Below, piece by piece: positions 10,286-20,539 of a stretch of DNA of 38,967 nt. The first letter of the stretch is position 1. Each line of letters opens with the position of its first letter. The notes beneath the pieces are model-generated. The model had not been told where the DNA came from and did not search any database. It was given only the letters and a program-made list of their open reading frames with translations. The stretch is from Trichomonas gallinae. Lineage: Eukaryota. Location of the stretch: positions 1 through 38,967 of the forward strand of contig MRSU01010815.1 in the NCBI GenBank assembly GCA_008369845.1. Reading direction: 5' to 3'. The position numbers and the translations under genes are program-made.

Positions 10286-10834
10286 TTAAATTGTATTACG
10301 TAATAAATCATCATTAAGCTTCTTAAGGCTCTTTTGAAATGTATGCACTTCTGCTTGTCCATCCTGCATGATTTCGAGATGATCCATAATTAATCGAAAT
10401 GATTTAATTGGATCGTTTTTTTTTAATATAGTAGTTACAATTAACGAACAGTTACTAAACACTGAGGTAGCATTCCAAAGGATTGTGACAGCATTTAAAG
10501 TTGATGAATTAAACTGTTGATCAGTAATAAAACTATGCAAATCATCAACTAGAATGCATGATAATGGCTTTTCTGTATATAGATGCCTTTCACAGGCAGC
10601 ATGAATAAGATTTTGTTTTGTTGAAACCCATTTAAACAAATATCTTTCTCCTAAGAGTTCTTTCTTTGGTATGTTTGGTGTTTTTCGTAAGAATTTAGCT
10701 CTTTGTGTTAAAACTAAGCAATATGTTCCAGGATTAGCAATAAGAATGTCAGAAGTCAGGTGGAAAGCCCTGGTAGTCTTGCCACTCTTCGGATTTCCAA
10801 CAATCAAAACATTATTCGATAAATTTTCTTCCAT
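10286..10834 (-). CDS. Small RecA-fold P-loop ATPase, SWSAP1/RAD51-paralog-like
   Basis: Walker A VLIVGNPKSGKT at the N-terminus, Walker B CILVDD; spacing and segments LVLTQR and RYLFKWVSTKQNL..AC..H parallel SWSAP1 as I recall it. Confidence 0.6.
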   Translation of the reverse strand: MEENLSNNVLIVGNPKSGKTTRAFHLTSDILIANPGTYCLVLTQRAKFLRKTPNIPKKELLGERYLFKWVSTKQNLIHAACERHLYTEKPLSCILVDDLHSFITDQQFNSSTLNAVTILWNATSVFSNCSLIVTTILKKNDPIKSFRLIMDHLEIMQDGQAEVHTFQKSLKKLNDDLLRNTI

Positions 10835-10880
10835 TACCAAAACAATAATAAAACACTGACAGAGGGAAGTTCACTCTATA

Positions 10881-10970
10881 TTTTGACATGTAAAATGAAT
10901 ATTTTGACACATAAAGGTTTCATATCAATTATTTGACATGTAAATTTATTTTAGTCAAAATATTTTGACA
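10881..10970. promoter_or_regulatory. Bidirectional promoter with TTTGACATGTAAA elements
   Basis: Exact copies at ~10882 and 10932, a degenerate copy at 10902, and a perfect 16-bp palindrome GTCAAAATATTTTGAC at 10954-10969, all within a 152-bp gap between divergent genes. Confidence 0.55.
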
Positions 10971-10986
10971 TAATTTTTCGATTTTC

Positions 10987-12582
10987 ATGAATAGAGACGG
11001 TTTTCGCTACAAAAGGTCCAAAGGGAGAAATAGAAAGAACAAGAAAGGATCGAAGAATGACAGTGTATCGAAAAATGAAGAATTATTCAAACCAATCAAT
11101 TTAAATATCGAATATACTCCAATAAATCGATTAAATATAGAATTTTCATCATCACTTACTGAAGCAGATCAACAGAAATTTCTCGAAACAAATAATATTA
11201 AATTACTTGGCGAAAATATTCCTCCAATTGCAGGAACATTTGAAGAACTCAATCTTCCACCAGATATTATGGATGTTGTTAAAGAAAATGGCTGGAATTC
11301 ACCAACACCAATACAATCGATTTCAATTCCAATAGGACTCAAAGGTATTGACATGGTTGGCATAGCAAACACAGGATCAGGAAAAACAGCAGCCTTTTTA
11401 ATACCAGCCTTCCTCCACATTCTTCAACAGCCGCCAATAAACGATAAAGACGGTCCCATTGTTATAATTCTCAGTCCAACACGGGAACTCGCTCTTCAAA
11501 CAGATGAAGTAGCCTCTCAGTTCTGTTCCAAGCTGAATTTAACTCATGCTTGTCTATTTGGTGGAGAAGACAGATCGAAACAAATAAAACTATTAAAACA
11601 AAATCCGTCGATTGTCACAGCAACTCCTGGACGATTGATAGATTTCCTAAACAACTCACTGTTCAATCCAAATAGGGCAAACTTCATAGTACTCGATGAA
11701 GCAGACAGGATGCTGGATATGGGCTTCGAGCCACAGATAAGAGCGATTTTTTCAGCACTAAATGATGATAGAGTTACTTTTATGTTTTCAGCGACGTGGC
11801 CACAATCAATTCGCCAGCTCGCTGCTGACTTCCAGAAAGATGCAGTTCATGTGCATATTGGAAACACTGGAGCACAAGGATCCGACTTATCAACGAATGA
11901 AAGAATTAAACAAGAAGTCATTAAACTTAGTGAGCACGAAAAAGGGGAAAAATGTGTGGAAATTTTAAAAATGCATGAAGGAAAGAAAGTCATAGTGTTC
12001 GCCAAGACTAAAAGAACAGTTCAGCAATTGTCTGAATTCTTGAGATCTAAACAGATAAGAAATCTGTCGCTTCACGGTGATAAATCGCAGAACGAAAGAT
12101 TAGTAGCACTTTCAAAATTCAAAAATTCGAGGACGGGCAGTGTTCTTGTCGCCACTGATGTTGCTGCAAGAGGACTGGATGTCACTGACATAGATGTTGT
12201 TGTCAACTATGATTTCCCTGGAATCATTGAAGACTATGTTCACCGAATCGGAAGAACAGCACGAGGCGAAAAAAGTGGAACTGCAGTCACATTCTTCACA
12301 GAAGATAATAGGTTTCTGGCGAGTGATCTGGCAAGGGTTATAACAAATGCAGGTCAAAATCCGCCTGATTGGTTATCGGCAATGGCTGCGAATGTTACCA
12401 AAGAAGATACAAAAGCAAACAAAAACGAAAAGTACTTCTATAATCCTAGAGAATACAGAGGATTTGGATCGGATCCAATAAACGCAGCATTCACTTTTGC
12501 AAAGAGCGATCCATACGGATCGTTTGGATATGGATACGGTGGACCTCAAAGCATACCATACAGAAATATTCCTTTTTATTAA
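10987..12582 (+). CDS. DEAD-box RNA helicase (Dbp2/DDX5-related)
   Basis: Q motif PTPIQ, ANTGSGKT, PTRELA, TPGRL, DEADRM, SAT, ARGLD, HRIGRTAR; basic N-terminus. Confidence 0.93.
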   Translation: MNRDGFRYKRSKGRNRKNKKGSKNDSVSKNEELFKPINLNIEYTPINRLNIEFSSSLTEADQQKFLETNNIKLLGENIPPIAGTFEELNLPPDIMDVVKENGWNSPTPIQSISIPIGLKGIDMVGIANTGSGKTAAFLIPAFLHILQQPPINDKDGPIVIILSPTRELALQTDEVASQFCSKLNLTHACLFGGEDRSKQIKLLKQNPSIVTATPGRLIDFLNNSLFNPNRANFIVLDEADRMLDMGFEPQIRAIFSALNDDRVTFMFSATWPQSIRQLAADFQKDAVHVHIGNTGAQGSDLSTNERIKQEVIKLSEHEKGEKCVEILKMHEGKKVIVFAKTKRTVQQLSEFLRSKQIRNLSLHGDKSQNERLVALSKFKNSRTGSVLVATDVAARGLDVTDIDVVVNYDFPGIIEDYVHRIGRTARGEKSGTAVTFFTEDNRFLASDLARVITNAGQNPPDWLSAMAANVTKEDTKANKNEKYFYNPREYRGFGSDPINAAFTFAKSDPYGSFGYGYGGPQSIPYRNIPFY

Positions 12583-13143
12583 TTTAATAGATTTATAAAT
12601 TTGTTTATTTTTATTTTTTGTTAATCATTCTTATATTACAAATAACACGAAGGAAATGATTGTGAAAATATTACACTCTATCGCATATGTTTTTTAAATA
12701 ATTTTTTTAATAGGAGCAGTTTGAAGCTATTTACATGTATAAAAGAGAAAATTTTCAAAGAATTGATTTGGAATGGAGTCATACATTCAAGCAATAATAT
12801 GTGAAATCAGTGATATCATATGAAATTTGAAATTTTAAAATATTTCCACGATGATAAAAAGTGAATTATTGTAGAAAATACAGACAAAATTTTCAAATTA
12901 ATATATTAGATTCTATTAATATGATATAATCTGCATATATTTTATAATAAAATTTCGAAAATTTTCTATTATTTATTGAGTTATAATCAAAATAAATTAG
13001 TAATAATCGAAAAAATTGCAAAAATATAAAGAATGAAGATTTTGCAGAAGTTATATTGAGAAAAGTGATATTATAATAGAATGCTGTATGTTGGAATTAA
13101 AATCATCGAAAAAGAAAAGTAAACGAATATTTTTGTTTTCAAA

Positions 13144-14823
13144 ATGAAAGTTGTTTCGCTTGTGCCTCAAGATAAATCCAAGAAGCAAATAAAAGCTTTG
13201 TCATTCTCCGCAAACCAAATCTCTCTTCTTGAGCCAAAGAAACCAGCACTTAATATAAACTTCGATATTGTTTTTCCAACAAATCAGAAAGAAGCTGAAG
13301 ATATTGGTGTCAATAAACCACTTACACTTATTGCTGTGTGCAACACAGATGCATTTGAGGGTGTAAATGCAATTGCAAACAATATCGAAGCGTTTACTTC
13401 GACGTATTTCAGAGTTAATAAGTCAGAATCCGCTCAAATCTCATATATATCAATATCATCTGAAAAAATAACCGATTTAGTCAACAATGTTGAATTGAAT
13501 AATGCTACAGAATGCTCAGAACTGATTAAATCAATACTGGTCGACCTCAACCCAACAAATAACAACGTAATTTACTACAGTATTGAAGATAAAACAAAAT
13601 TGGAATTATTTTATATTCCATTAATGAGTACAGTCGTTGATGATATCGAAGAATTCACAACTAACCCATCATCAAATACAAATAACCAAATTATTAAACA
13701 GATTTTGCTTTCGTTAAAGAAATCAAATAATAACGTCGTTTTAGATTTCAGATTCGGATTCAACTGTGGATCAATAGAGAACCAGAAACTTTACAAATCG
13801 ATTGACATGTTTAAGAACTTCATAACTCAATCAAAAGGCTTATCTCAACAAGTCGACACAGAACAAAAACATGGAAAGAAACAAGCAAGAAAATCGAATG
13901 CATCGCAGATAAAGGAGCCTAAATCTGAAATTTCAGCAGCTCCAACTGTTAAATCTGCAATTCCAGGAAAAGCCAACAGCTGGAAGAAATTCGTATACAG
14001 ACCTGTTATTGAGAACATTTCCAAAGGAAAGGTGCGCAGAGATACTAGTGCTAGCTCAACATCAAAACTAAATAAAAAGATCGACAGAGAAAGATTGATC
14101 CACGTTGCCAGGAAATATGCCACAGACCCAAGAGCAACGAAAGAAGACTTAGAAGGCATTTTAGCAGAACTTGACAACCAAATTCAAGAATGCGTTGAAT
14201 ATCATGCAATGATTCAAGGCAGCGACAAACCGGAGGATCAGAAAGATAGAAGCAAGCGTGGCCTCATCAAGAATCTCAACGACGATGTTAGACTGCTCAG
14301 AGAAAACGAAGCAAAATACGCAAAATCCGAGCGTGATCATAAGCTTCATTACCTTGAGCTAAAATCGTTCAACAAGTCAGATGAGTCAGCAGACCACAAC
14401 ATAATGATAGGCGACAAGGAGGACTACATGATTGCCCTAGAAATCCTCAAAGAACAAGTTGATGATTTGGAAACAGAATTGAGTTTCTTGAGAGTCGCTT
14501 TCCCTGATGTTGCAGCTGCCGAAGAAGAAGATTTTGGTGACGACGAAGAAGAGGAGGAGGAAGAAGAAGCACTAGCGATAGAACCAGCACCAGAGGAATC
14601 CATATTAGAGAATATTGAGGAAGAAGATAAACTAGAACAAAGTCAAGAGAAAATCGAAGAGGAAGAAGATAAATTAGAGCAAAGCGAAGAAAAATTAGAG
14701 CAAATTAAAGATTTCGAAAATGTTGATGAAGAAGAAGATCTCGCAATAGAATCATTGCCAGAAGAAGAAGATATCGATGAGGAAGAAGAAATACTAGAAT
14801 CACTTCATGACTCAATGCAATAA
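13144..14823 (+). CDS. Hypothetical protein: possible degenerate kinesin-motor-like N-terminus, coiled coil and acidic tail
   Basis: Long intact ORF; kinesin-like fragments NFDIVF and ISYISISSEKITDLV but no P-loop or switch motifs; E/D-rich C-terminus. Confidence 0.8.
   Translation: MKVVSLVPQDKSKKQIKALSFSANQISLLEPKKPALNINFDIVFPTNQKEAEDIGVNKPLTLIAVCNTDAFEGVNAIANNIEAFTSTYFRVNKSESAQISYISISSEKITDLVNNVELNNATECSELIKSILVDLNPTNNNVIYYSIEDKTKLELFYIPLMSTVVDDIEEFTTNPSSNTNNQIIKQILLSLKKSNNNVVLDFRFGFNCGSIENQKLYKSIDMFKNFITQSKGLSQQVDTEQKHGKKQARKSNASQIKEPKSEISAAPTVKSAIPGKANSWKKFVYRPVIENISKGKVRRDTSASSTSKLNKKIDRERLIHVARKYATDPRATKEDLEGILAELDNQIQECVEYHAMIQGSDKPEDQKDRSKRGLIKNLNDDVRLLRENEAKYAKSERDHKLHYLELKSFNKSDESADHNIMIGDKEDYMIALEILKEQVDDLETELSFLRVAFPDVAAAEEEDFGDDEEEEEEEEALAIEPAPEESILENIEEEDKLEQSQEKIEEEEDKLEQSEEKLEQIKDFENVDEEEDLAIESLPEEEDIDEEEEILESLHDSMQ
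14617..14703 (+). repeat. Coding 42-bp tandem duplication (EEEDKLEQS[Q/E]EK)
   Basis: gaggaagaagataaa[c/t]taga at 14617 and 14659, plus a partial third KLEQ. Confidence 0.75.
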
Positions 14824-15152
14824 TATTTATTATTTGTATTTTCAAACTGTAAATCTTTTATTTTTCAAAAAAATGATGTCGACCAAAAATACATTATATT
14901 GTCAGTTAGAATTTAGAAATTTATTTATGAATCAAAATTATTTCATGAATTTTTTTATTATGATGTTTTTAAACTCATATTTTATTGTCCTATATTATGT
15001 ATCTCAAATGATTTGCGATGAATCATTAATAAATTAGATGAAATATAATTATTAAAAGATCAAGTCGAGACAGTTTAAGAATAGATTTGTTATCAAAAAT
15101 TGTTGATCCATGAAGAAATAAATTTTAATAAAAACAAATAAACATTTTATCT

Positions 15153-16490
15153 CTATAAACCAAACATCTTCTTAATCTTAACTAATCTTCTCATCTTTTC
15201 GACAGTCTGTGGGTCACTTTGCGCGAATATTTCGATGAATTCTTGACAAGATTCTTGATCTTCATTCAAAATATTGTCTTCAAGCATCGAAATAAGCATT
15301 GGTTGAATGGAACTCAGTGATGCCATAATAGCATCGATCTCTGTTATTGCGCTGGCCTTGTCTTTCGGCATAGATGCATCAGCATCATATGAAGGAGCAT
15401 TAGAGATCGAATCTCTGAGCTGCTCTGTGAATGTTTTGAGGTCATCCCATTCATTGGGTTCAGGCTGATCCTCTTCTTCTACAACAATTGGGTCACTTCT
15501 TTGCAATGCAGGTCCACGCTGCGCCCATCTTGGAGGTTCTTCATCTGGAAGAGGAAGTGGGTCTTCAGGTGTTTCAGGCACAGGCTTGAGGTTGACTGTT
15601 TTCTTTCTCTGTGGAGATTGCGCGTTATGTCTTTTAGGAGATTTATCCTTTCTCGCTATGATGTTGACATTCTTCAGCTGGTTCTGGTTCTCTTCGACCA
15701 TCTTCTTTGAGCGTGCTTGGATGAAAGGAAGCTGCAAAATCTCAGCTGCTGAAGGACGAGCGTCTGGATTGGGATTGAGCATAGAATCAATCAATTTGCG
15801 GAGTGCTGATGTATATTTCATGGAAACTTTGTTATAATGACCACGAATAACAGCTGCAAATAATTGTTGAGGAGATCTGCCATTGAATGGCCTATTAAGC
15901 ATGCATAATTCATACAATATGCAGCCGAGGGACCATATATCTGTCTTCGTACTGTACGGCTGATTAGACCAGACTTCTGGAGATAAATAATATGGTGTTC
16001 CTATGACTGTTTTGCACATATCTTGGGTGCCTTCGAGTGCCCTTGCAACACCGAAGTCGCCAAGCTTGACAATTCCGAGATGTGTAAGAAAAACATTTTG
16101 TGGTTTGATATCTCTGTGTACAACTTTCTTTTCGTGGATGTATTTAAGGGCGAAACATATCTGAATGAAAATTTTGAGGATTTCGTCTTCTGAAAATGGT
16201 GTCTTTCTGCTTGAAATTTTGTCGCTCAAATCTCCACCATCGACATATTCCATTGCGATGTAAAATTTCCCATTATCTTGGAATGATTCGCGGTGTGCAA
16301 CAATGTTTGGATGCTCAAGTGAAGAAAGAAGCTGAACTTCTTCGAATGCTTTTAATTTTGCTTGATCGTCTAGTAAAGTTATCTCTATTTCTTTTAGCGC
16401 AACTTGCTCACCACTTTTCTTCACTTTGGCAAGATAAACTTTTCCATACGATCCACTTCCAAGCTCTTTAATAATCTCATATTTCTGCAT
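15153..16490 (-). CDS. NIMA-related (NEK) Ser/Thr kinase
   Basis: GSGSYG, VALK, HRDIKPQNVFL, KLGDFG and GTPYYLSPE (NEK1/3/5-type); likely start MQKYE at 16490. Confidence 0.93.
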   Translation of the reverse strand: MQKYEIIKELGSGSYGKVYLAKVKKSGEQVALKEIEITLLDDQAKLKAFEEVQLLSSLEHPNIVAHRESFQDNGKFYIAMEYVDGGDLSDKISSRKTPFSEDEILKIFIQICFALKYIHEKKVVHRDIKPQNVFLTHLGIVKLGDFGVARALEGTQDMCKTVIGTPYYLSPEVWSNQPYSTKTDIWSLGCILYELCMLNRPFNGRSPQQLFAAVIRGHYNKVSMKYTSALRKLIDSMLNPNPDARPSAAEILQLPFIQARSKKMVEENQNQLKNVNIIARKDKSPKRHNAQSPQRKKTVNLKPVPETPEDPLPLPDEEPPRWAQRGPALQRSDPIVVEEEDQPEPNEWDDLKTFTEQLRDSISNAPSYDADASMPKDKASAITEIDAIMASLSSIQPMLISMLEDNILNEDQESCQEFIEIFAQSDPQTVEKMRRLVKIKKMFGL

Positions 16491-16497
16491 TTTAATA

Positions 16498-16589
16498 TTT
16501 GTCATGTAACTATAATTTACATGGCAAATGTAAATTTTTTTCATAATTAGATTTAGTTTTTGTCATGTAATTCAATTTTACATGACAAA
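16498..16589. promoter_or_regulatory. Two 31-bp inverted-repeat units TTTGTCATGTAA-N7-TTACATG(A/G)CAAA
   Basis: Unit 1 at 16498-16528 (11/12 arm match) and unit 2 at 16559-16589 (perfect arms), both with 7-nt spacers, directly upstream of the NEK ATG. Confidence 0.65.
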
Positions 16590-17060
16590 TATAATAATCA
16601 TTTTTAAAAGTTGCAACAATATCAATAGAATAACATTCATAGATTTTTTTAATCTTGAACATATAAAGCTTTGCTAGTGCCCATTATATATATTGTTTTT
16701 GAAGGCCTACACTGCCTACTTGCAAAGTTTCATCATCATTTGATTCGAAGGATTAAAGACATCCTAATTTTCTAATAATAATTAAGAGAGTAGGTTTGAA
16801 TAATTTACATTTTTTACTTGTTAGATTCATAATACCATATGATTTATCATTGTTATCAAAACATATTGTATTGACAATTTTGCTTTAGATAGTAGCTATA
16901 TGTTGGATACTAGGAGTTAAAAATCCTGTTTTCATTGTTATTGAACTGATAATATATCTTGACTTGTGAATAATTGATTTTTGAACAATATGTTATATCA
17001 AAAACATGTAAATATACAGTTTTAAAGAGGAAAAATTGAAGTAAAATATCATATTTTTAA

Positions 17061-18953
17061 ATGTCTGCTGATGAACTTTATCAATATTTTGAACCAAAAG
17101 AAAAATTTGCACGATTAAAAGAAAAAATAGATGAATTCCGAGATGTTAATAATGATGATGCAGCCGAAACCTTAATATTAGATGCATCAAAATTATTTGC
17201 AATTCCAGAATCAATATATGTCGAACAAATTACGAGAAAATTCAACGGAGAACTCTTCATGAGAGCATTTAAAGATTATCCCTCATCAATTGACTTAAAT
17301 CTCATAAATATCGATATTTCACAAGACAAAAACAATGCAATGGAAAAAGCCCTCACCAATTTAGGTACGTTTACACCCAAAATATGGGATAAATGCAGAG
17401 AAATTTTATCAGACAAATCAGATGAAATTTGGCAACAGCAGCTATCAATGCAAATCCTTGATAGAGAAGATACAATAACTATATATCAAATGGAACACCC
17501 AGAAATTACAGACGATTTTGCTCCTACACAAGAAATGCAAGAAATAATCAAAGCTTTAACTCCTCATGGCTTTGATTTCATCAATATATCAACAGCTTTT
17601 GCACTATTGGATAAATCTCCAACAAAAGAGAACTTTGAATGGTGCATCACTTATCACCCTTTTGAACCAAATCTTTGGTTCAAATATTTATCACAGTTTG
17701 AAACTGATCAAAGTATATCAGATAGATCAATACGTTTTTGCCTTCGCTCAGGCATAATTTGGGCAAAAAGAACGAAATTTGATAAAAATTTCAACTTTGA
17801 GGTAATAAAGAACCTAATTACTGATGCACTAGACTGGAAACTCTTCATCAGCACAATTTGCAGCCAAGATAAAGATTTCATTCCAAATTATATCGAAGAA
17901 TTCAAGAAATTAGACTGTTACAAGAACAACACAGAAGTATATGTGACAGCTTCTTTAATTTTAGACGAATATTACATCGCCAAACATGATAATGAAAACC
18001 GAAGAAAATTATTAAGCGAAATGACAGAGAGAGCAAATCAAAGGTCAGACATTTGGCTTCGGAGAATCGATTTTCTGCGTTCTTTGATGAATAACAATCC
18101 TGAAATGAAAGATATTCAACGTGAAGTGGGAGAAACCTTTGCTAATGCAATACAGACTCTTCAAACAGACAAATCTCGTATTCAAGATGCATGGCTTGCC
18201 TTTAAGGCAGGAAATGGTGAAGAGATCTCTGATGCATTCGATCGCATCATGGAGATAGAGATAGAAAAAACAATTTCGATGAATGGTGATGAAAAATCCG
18301 AACAATTTAACGAGAAAACGATTTTTGTTTCCAATATAAAGGAAGGAACAAAGCGAGAAGATCTCAAAGAGTTCTTCAGTGAATTCGGAGATATTAAACG
18401 CGTGACTCTAAAAACAAGATTCGCATATATCGAATATGAAAATGCTGAATCCGCTGACAACGCATTAAAAAACTATCAGCGAAGGCCATTCAAGAATGGG
18501 CCAATAGAAGTCTCCCCGTGCAAGCCGAATACTAAGTACACGCTATATATTAGGTATGACGCACAAGCTAAAGATGATGTACTGATTAAATTCATCAAAG
18601 AAAAATCTGGTGTTCAAAAAGTGAAGTACAGACTTGCGAACGCTAGCAAGGAAGACTCAATGCACACGCACATTGATAGGAAAGGATATGGATTCCTCGA
18701 TGTTGAAGATTATCAAGACTTCTGGAAGATTCTAGGACTAAACGGAACACTTTTTAATGGCAAAGCTTTGAAGATCGAAAAAGCGAAACAGAACAGAAAA
18801 GAAGCTCATGATATGAAGAAGACAAAGGTAAATAAGGAGCCTTTACCTCACCAAGGAAAACCAAGAGAAGCTCCAAAGAAAAACTTCTTCACACAATCTA
18901 AAGAAGAGCAAAAACTCAAAGACGACAAGTTCAAAGATATGTTCGGATTTTAA
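17061..18953 (+). CDS. SART3/Prp24-like U6 snRNP recycling factor (HAT-like helices + RRMs)
   Basis: HAT-like segments (PNLWFKYL, IIWAKR, DIWLRRIDF), RRM1 TIFVSNI..RFAYIEY, RRM2 KGYGFLDV; C-terminal KDDKFKDMF resembles the SNDDFRKMF Lsm-binding motif; Inr TCATA at 17049. Confidence 0.7.
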   Translation: MSADELYQYFEPKEKFARLKEKIDEFRDVNNDDAAETLILDASKLFAIPESIYVEQITRKFNGELFMRAFKDYPSSIDLNLINIDISQDKNNAMEKALTNLGTFTPKIWDKCREILSDKSDEIWQQQLSMQILDREDTITIYQMEHPEITDDFAPTQEMQEIIKALTPHGFDFINISTAFALLDKSPTKENFEWCITYHPFEPNLWFKYLSQFETDQSISDRSIRFCLRSGIIWAKRTKFDKNFNFEVIKNLITDALDWKLFISTICSQDKDFIPNYIEEFKKLDCYKNNTEVYVTASLILDEYYIAKHDNENRRKLLSEMTERANQRSDIWLRRIDFLRSLMNNNPEMKDIQREVGETFANAIQTLQTDKSRIQDAWLAFKAGNGEEISDAFDRIMEIEIEKTISMNGDEKSEQFNEKTIFVSNIKEGTKREDLKEFFSEFGDIKRVTLKTRFAYIEYENAESADNALKNYQRRPFKNGPIEVSPCKPNTKYTLYIRYDAQAKDDVLIKFIKEKSGVQKVKYRLANASKEDSMHTHIDRKGYGFLDVEDYQDFWKILGLNGTLFNGKALKIEKAKQNRKEAHDMKKTKVNKEPLPHQGKPREAPKKNFFTQSKEEQKLKDDKFKDMFGF

Positions 18954-19371
18954 TATTATTATTATAAATATTTGTTTAAAAATGTATTTATTAAATGTAT
19001 GAACTCTAGGAAAGTGTTTCAAACTTTGAAGATATTTTATAGCAAACTTGAATATGATTTATTTTTGAGAAAATTCATAGCATTTATTTAAGTTGTAAAA
19101 ATCTCATTGTTTGGTGATAATAATTTATAGTCATATCCAATATATTATTTTTAAAAAATAAAATATTATAAGTGAAACTCGTAATAGCCTAGATTGTGGA
19201 GTAGAATGGTGGATTGGACTATATATAACTTTATTAATGTTTTTTGCAGCAAATTATTTTTTCGAATTGCAGTTTATTTAATATTTTAATGTATTATGAC
19301 ATTTATGTGCCAATGAAGTTATATTCTTTTTACTAATAGGAATAAACAACTTTTTTAAAATAAGATAAATA

Positions 19372-20076
19372 TTATATGCATGTTGGTGAATTAAAAACAT
19401 TGAAGACGGAGTTGCGCTTTGGCCTAGCGTCTTCGTCGTACTTGTGGAATGTCTCCTGATATGTTGTTTCCATTCCTGTTCCTCCTGGGAACTGAGCGAA
19501 TGGAGATTTGTGCTGGCTGGTTGGTTTGCAGCTTCTAGCCCTTGTATTCGCTGTGACTTCGAACGAATTCATCTGATTTCTGACTTCGCGAGTGACAACT
19601 CCCGCGCACTTCGGTTTTGGCATATCATGCTTCACGGTCCTTGACCCTTGGAACAGGTGGTCTTCCTGTGCGATAGCCTTAAGCAGTTTTGGAGTTGGAT
19701 CGCGAACAGCTGGGATTGAAGCCATAACATTGGATCTTGCTAGGTAATTTGATAATATATTGAGGGTATCTGAGAATTGGCCGACATCGTTTTCTAAAAT
19801 GTGGCGAATAACAGGATGAAATTTATGTTGAAGGATATCTTTTGCAATTCTTTCAGCGACATTTTGCGAGGAACCCGGATCCTCATCGCTGATTGGCGAA
19901 TTAATAACTTCCTCCAAAAACATGTTGAATTTAGCGCGTAATTTTGGTTTTTGTTGAATTAGCCATTCGCCAACTGACTTAACGAGTGGATCTCTGATAG
20001 TCTCTTTGATCAACGCCTGCTCTGCCGGCTTCGGCATTGTTTCAGCATTTTCCGCAAGAGCAAATCCAGTTCTCAT
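19372..20076 (-). CDS. Hypothetical protein (234 aa)
   Basis: Intact ORF with coding composition; Inr-like TCATA at 20105-20109; C-terminal ETTYQETF motif. Confidence 0.85.
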   Translation of the reverse strand: MRTGFALAENAETMPKPAEQALIKETIRDPLVKSVGEWLIQQKPKLRAKFNMFLEEVINSPISDEDPGSSQNVAERIAKDILQHKFHPVIRHILENDVGQFSDTLNILSNYLARSNVMASIPAVRDPTPKLLKAIAQEDHLFQGSRTVKHDMPKPKCAGVVTREVRNQMNSFEVTANTRARSCKPTSQHKSPFAQFPGGTGMETTYQETFHKYDEDARPKRNSVFNVFNSPTCI

Positions 20077-20539
20077 TTTTTTTTTCGAAAAATAAATTAA
20101 CGTATATGATTTTAACAGGGGTTGTCGCTTGCCCCTAATAACCTTATATCTGAATGAAAAATCACCTTATGTTATTTTTGCTGGAAATCAGCATCTACTT
20201 TTTTTGTTTTGTTCGTATGTTGGGGAAAAAGTTCACCATGATAGGAGCCTTAAAATGTCCTAATATAAGACTCATTTGCTGATTTAAAAAACTCGAAATC
20301 GCCATTTTTAAGGGTCCAGCCTTGCCACTAATTGAAAATGACAATCCGTCATGTATAACTAGTAACATAACTTCTTGTCTATATCAGTTGATTTATTTGA
20401 ATAATGATAAAAATAACTTGATAATCTTAAATAGCCTGTTATTCATTCATATGTTTAAAATTATAGTATAATATACAATTAACTCCAAATTTTAAAACTA
20501 GGGATATTTTTCATTATTTCATTTGATTTTGAATCAATC

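Noticed and set aside
16491..16544. Longer N-terminus of the NEK kinase (MKKIYICHVNYSYMTNIK)
   Set aside because: It translates the palindromic promoter element; MQKYE gives a normal NEK start in AAAATG context
20105..20153. Possible C/D snoRNA or hairpin (AGGGG..CCCCT at 20117-20136, CTGA at ~20150)
   Set aside because: No canonical box C, too short, and more simply part of the promoter of the 20076 gene
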